From positions 1,956 to 65,955 of the forward strand of contig JAHJJU010000101.1 in assembly GCA_018822805.1 (NCBI GenBank): a DNA stretch of 64,000 nucleotides, written 5' to 3'. Of the stretch, positions 59,851-64,000 are shown piece after piece. The translations under genes and the position numbers were made by a program. Within the stretch, counting starts at the first letter, position 1. Each line of letters begins with the position of its first letter. The notes below the pieces were generated by a model that saw nothing but the letters and a program-made list of their open reading frames with translations, searched no databases and had not been told where the DNA came from. This DNA comes from a bacterium (lineage in GTDB: Bacteria; Campylobacterota; Campylobacteria; Campylobacterales; Sulfurovaceae).

Positions 59851-61703
59851 ATCTTGAACCTTATTGTATAGTGTGTTAAACCATTGGTTTTCATCTCAAT
59901 CGTTCCTTTTAATTGCTCATAGACCAAAGCGTGAATAAGTTTTAAACCAAGAGAAGTACTCTCTTTATTATAGATAAATCCCTTACCATTATCTTCAATT
60001 ATTAAAATATAAACATCATTTTCTTTATGCAATGAAATCGAAATAACACCAGAGTTGCCTTCAAAAGCATGTTTATACGCATTGGTCACTAACTCATTAA
60101 TAATAATACCAATATAAACAGACTCACGTAACGGAACGATCGCATCAATATCGGTTTCAATCTCAATCGTGTAATTGATTTCATCCATACTTTCTTGTAT
60201 ATCCTGTATCAGTGACTCGATGTACTCCTGCATGTCAATAGCATTTAAATCGTCTTCAGGTAACAACAAATTGTAGGTTTTTGCAATGGCATTAATTCGG
60301 TTTTCCAAATTAACAAACTTCTCTATCGTTGCTTTATTATTACTTTTATCACTTTGAAGTCGAACCATGGAAAGAATAATTTGTAAATTATTTTTAATAC
60401 GATGATGCACTTCTTTTAACAGTAATGCTTTTGTATCTAAAGCCTGATGAAGCTGGGCTGTTTTTTTTCTCACTTCGTTGGTAATTATTTTTTCTCGATT
60501 TTGAAAATTCTCTACAAGTGCTCTGTCCATCTTTACTTTCTCTTCTTCTAACAGTTTATATCTATCGGCAAAAGCTAAAGAGAGAATCAATGCTTCTATC
60601 GTTGAACACCACATTAATAAATTAGGAAATTCTTGTATAATAGAAAGCAACCCCAACGCATCTACTATCATTAAAACATAAGCCATAAAAACAATACTAA
60701 ACCCTACAATATAAAGTCGAGCCTCTTTATGTCCATGCAGATAACTTATAACTCCAGATAAAAGATTTAAAACAATAAACAGTGCTCCTGTTAAAATAAT
60801 AATTTGCATGTTATAAAACATCGGTAGACTAAAAACAACCATCTCTACGACAATCAATACTAAAAATAACTTATATATACGGTGTAACCATGGTATCTCT
60901 TGTGTTTTAAGAAAATGCATAGCAAACAGTGCAGAAGACAACATCATTGTACTTACTTTATAGACAGCAATTTTCATATCAAAAACAATACATTCATACG
61001 AACAGTAAATTTGAGTTAATCCCATGTACGTCAACTGTTGGTAAATAATAAATGCCAAATAGAGTGCATAATAAAAATAACTTTTGTCTTTCAAATAAAA
61101 TGAAACACTCAAGGCATACAACATCAATGCAAGCAACATTCCCATGAGTAAAACTGTAATCAATTGTTTAATATGATCCTCTTCTAAAAATTTCTTTTCA
61201 TCCTGTAATGTAATAGAAAAACCAAGGGGATTGTAGTAGGAGTGAACTTTTACATAATAGGTCATTTCATATAAAGGTTCTAAATGCAATTTATAATAAT
61301 AGGAAGTTGTTTTATGCTCACTTTGCTGGACAAAAAGACCTTTTAACTCCGATGTAGCATTCACACCTTTATACAAAGCAATGGACTCCAGAAGAGGAGA
61401 ACTAAACACCAATGCTTTGTCTATAGCAACGATAGAACTGTTTTTTAATTTAAATTTAATCCATACATAACTTTGAGAAACCCCTGCATTTAAATAACTC
61501 TGATGATAGGGCTGAAATGCTTTTTCTTGAAGTACGTTGTGCAGACTTAACTCTTGATTATTTAAAACAATTTCACTTTTTTCTAAGAGTGAAATACTCT
61601 CAATAGGAGACACTTCCACAAAAGAGAGTGCTGAAAGGTTTATTGAAAAAATGCTTAACAATAACAGATAATACTTGAAAACTTTAATGGTATTAAACAA
61701 CAT
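59847..61703 (-). CDS. 7TM-DISM sensor histidine kinase (HisKA_2 type)
   Basis: Periplasmic 7TMR-DISMED2-like region, 7 TM segments, EVHHRIKNNLQ H-box, NELVTNAYKHAF, EDNGKG and LGLKLI. Confidence 0.88.
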   Translation of the reverse strand: MLFNTIKVFKYYLLLLSIFSINLSALSFVEVSPIESISLLEKSEIVLNNQELSLHNVLQEKAFQPYHQSYLNAGVSQSYVWIKFKLKNSSIVAIDKALVFSSPLLESIALYKGVNATSELKGLFVQQSEHKTTSYYYKLHLEPLYEMTYYVKVHSYYNPLGFSITLQDEKKFLEEDHIKQLITVLLMGMLLALMLYALSVSFYLKDKSYFYYALYLAFIIYQQLTYMGLTQIYCSYECIVFDMKIAVYKVSTMMLSSALFAMHFLKTQEIPWLHRIYKLFLVLIVVEMVVFSLPMFYNMQIIILTGALFIVLNLLSGVISYLHGHKEARLYIVGFSIVFMAYVLMIVDALGLLSIIQEFPNLLMWCSTIEALILSLAFADRYKLLEEEKVKMDRALVENFQNREKIITNEVRKKTAQLHQALDTKALLLKEVHHRIKNNLQIILSMVRLQSDKSNNKATIEKFVNLENRINAIAKTYNLLLPEDDLNAIDMQEYIESLIQDIQESMDEINYTIEIETDIDAIVPLRESVYIGIIINELVTNAYKHAFEGNSGVISISLHKENDVYILIIEDNGKGFIYNKESTSLGLKLIHALVYEQLKGTIEMKTNGLTHYTIRFKI

Positions 61704-61767
61704 AGAGCATGTTATCTAAAAATCTATAAAAACGTCCAATTTTTATCTTTTTACTACATCTATCCTC

Positions 61768-62202
61768 TTAATCATTTTTAACCATCGTGTAAACACGTAT
61801 AAATTGAAACAACAATACTTCAGGAAAATTTTCATCACTCAAGCCCATTTGTACATGATTATCATCCAATACTTCTATTTTACCAACTTCATTACCACTG
61901 TAGTTGTAAAATGTGTACACATTTTCATGACGTTCCCAACATTTTTGTCGTTTTGAATTCTCTTTATTGGATTTTAATGTACAACTCCCCTCTTCACTAA
62001 ACTGTATAGTTTCCACGGAATTTAGCATCATCGATAACAAAAACGCTATATCTTCATCTTCCGTATACGCTTCAATACTTTTTTCAGCCTCACTTCTATC
62101 AACTTGCCACTGTCCTAGCAATACATTCTCTTCAGCATTAGCATACATCATAAAAAACACCCACCCTAGCAATAACTTAAATAACACATTTTTAACCTTC
62201 AT
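61768..62202 (-). CDS. Exported hypothetical protein (possible beta-barrel/lipocalin-like)
   Basis: Signal peptide, LLGQWQVD N-terminal motif; start after RBS AAGGA. Confidence 0.55.
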   Translation of the reverse strand: MKVKNVLFKLLLGWVFFMMYANAEENVLLGQWQVDRSEAEKSIEAYTEDEDIAFLLSMMLNSVETIQFSEEGSCTLKSNKENSKRQKCWERHENVYTFYNYSGNEVGKIEVLDDNHVQMGLSDENFPEVLLFQFIRVYTMVKND

Positions 62203-62320
62203 CTTAACATCCTTATACCTTTTTTTTATCACTATAGTATAAGAATGTTACGAAAATGTGGCAAAATGAAAAATTTTATAATTTTTCATTTAAAATGTAT
62301 CCATTTTAATCCTACCTTTA

Positions 62321-64000
62321 TTATTCAAATATTTTAAGCGTTCCAGCTTCCGTTCCATCACTTTGCCAAAGACTATATCCCCCTTCTCCATTATCGACCA
62401 ATAAATAGAGTTTATCATCAAAAGAAATCAAATTAAATATTGGCATATAGTAAGAATTGTTAGGAAGAATGTCTTTAACCATGTACGTTCCAAATTCCGT
62501 TCCATCGGTTCGCCATAATGCCCCACTATGTGCTTCATCAGTTGCTACAAAATAGACGATGCCGTTCATATCTACAAAACTTGCAGGGCTAGAATAATCG
62601 GTTGGGTGAATATCTTTAATCATCTTCGTTCCAAGATCTGTTCCATCACTTACACACGGCTCAATACCAGAATCTTGGTATCTTCCTCCAAAATAAAATT
62701 GACCATTTAGCACGGTGAGAGACATGGAAAAATCAACTTTTGTAGTGACCAATTGCGTTCCAACTTCCGTTCCATCACTTTGAAAAAGAGCATTATAATA
62801 CTCATCAGTATTTGCTATAAAATAAAGCTTACCATTAAGTTCAGTTAAAGAACGAGGGCTAGAACCATAAGCACTTCGAATATTTTTAACCATCTGTGTC
62901 CCAACTTCTGTCCCATCACTTCGCCAAAGTTCCTCTCCATGTTCTCCGTCATCAGCTGTAAAGTAGAGTACTCCATTTACTGCCATTAAACTGTACAATA
63001 TATAATCTTCTTGACTGTTCGGGTTAACATCTTTTACCATTTGTGTTCCAGCTTGCGTTCCATCACTTCGCCACAATGCAACACCATGCTCCAAATCGAT
63101 TGCTCCAAAATAGAGCATACCATTATAAGCAGTCAAGCTACGAAGCGAAGCATCTCCCTCAAAATGAATATTTTTAACCATTTTAGTTCCAGCTTCTGTT
63201 CCATCACTTTGCCATAGTTCCTCTCCGTGTTCTCCGTCATCTGCTCTAAAATAGAGTAGACCATTAAGGCTTGTTAGGTATCCTACAGCATCATTACCAT
63301 CAGGGTTAATATCTTTTATCCTTCTAGTTCCTGCTTCGGTTCCATCACTTCGCCAAAGTTCATAACCATAGCTATTGTCGCCTACTACAAAATAGCTTAC
63401 TCCATCTATTTGAACTATATTATTGGTAATAATTTGTGGTTTATATCCAATTTTACTGTTACCGATTGTTTTAACAAAAACCACATTTCCTTGTCCATCC
63501 AGTTTCATTAAATCTGTTTTTGTTTCATTCCAGTAGGTAAAGAAAAATACTGTGTCTTGAACATTAACCACATAGTTACCCTCAAAAGTATAGACTGTTG
63601 AAATACTAGCTCCATGTGTATCCGAAACCGTTAATCTAATTTTAAAAAGTGTACCTTGTGTATAGTTTGATACAAGTAGAGGATTGACCGTAGCACTACC
63701 ATTTATCGTCACACTTCCTTCAATTAAGTTCCAAACATAACTTAATGTATCGCTACTGTCATCACTGACATCTGCTGTTAAAGTCAGGTTTTCTTGAACA
63801 CTTTCCATTTTTAAACTTTGAATTGTCGGAGGTAGATTTAAAGAGAGTGCATTTACCTCAACATCATCCGATAACGTGATGGAAAAAACAGAAATGTATC
63901 TATCTCCTTGACCATTGGTTAATATAAGCCGGTAGCTATAAACACCGGCTGTTTCTGGTTTGTTATAATCCAGTTCCAACTGAACAATGGTATCGTTTTC
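62321..64000 (-). CDS. ELWxxDGT-repeat beta-propeller protein, C-terminal part (starts beyond right edge)
   Basis: Eight repeats of the (E/A/S)LW(R/Q)SDGTE(A/V)GT type; frame stays open from 63979 to 64000 (ENDTIVQLELDY). Confidence 0.88.
   Translation of the reverse strand, partial: ENDTIVQLELDYNKPETAGVYSYRLILTNGQGDRYISVFSITLSDDVEVNALSLNLPPTIQSLKMESVQENLTLTADVSDDSSDTLSYVWNLIEGSVTINGSATVNPLLVSNYTQGTLFKIRLTVSDTHGASISTVYTFEGNYVVNVQDTVFFFTYWNETKTDLMKLDGQGNVVFVKTIGNSKIGYKPQIITNNIVQIDGVSYFVVGDNSYGYELWRSDGTEAGTRRIKDINPDGNDAVGYLTSLNGLLYFRADDGEHGEELWQSDGTEAGTKMVKNIHFEGDASLRSLTAYNGMLYFGAIDLEHGVALWRSDGTQAGTQMVKDVNPNSQEDYILYSLMAVNGVLYFTADDGEHGEELWRSDGTEVGTQMVKNIRSAYGSSPRSLTELNGKLYFIANTDEYYNALFQSDGTEVGTQLVTTKVDFSMSLTVLNGQFYFGGRYQDSGIEPCVSDGTDLGTKMIKDIHPTDYSSPASFVDMNGIVYFVATDEAHSGALWRTDGTEFGTYMVKDILPNNSYYMPIFNLISFDDKLYLLVDNGEGGYSLWQSDGTEAGTLKIFE

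Overview
AT-rich window from a Campylobacterota (Epsilonproteobacteria) chromosome, Sulfurovum/Sulfurimonas-like by gene content and order (inference, no database search run). The backbone is the conserved minus-strand block obgE-proB-...-fmt-birA-parA-parB-atpF'FHAGDC-exbB-exbD-tolA-tolB-pal-cpoB-slyD, interrupted twice. (i) ppsA plus a 274-bp MITE with perfect 34-bp terminal inverted repeats lies between tolA and tolB. (ii) An ~18-kb island lies between proB and rraA/fmt. It carries a type III-C-like CRISPR-Cas effector operon (cas6-cmr1-cmr6-cas10/csx11-cmr4-cmr5-cmr3, no cas1/cas2), a 59-repeat array, and a B12 glutamate-mutase module (glmS, glmE, glmL-like) linked to an atypical adenylate-forming enzyme. 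The left part holds a heavy-metal RND efflux cluster, a glucan/glycolysis cluster and a 1591-aa secreted IMPa-like metalloprotease. The right end holds a two-component pair and a partial ELWxxDGT-repeat protein. Most notable: a Cas10 lacking both the HD and GGDD motifs while Cmr4 keeps its catalytic Asp; a glucan phosphorylase with Thr at the PLP-lysine position; an FBPase homologue with degenerate catalytic motifs; the glutamate mutase-adenylation module; and a dispersed GTAG-REP family. No rRNA or tRNA genes were recognised. All family calls come from motif recognition by eye.
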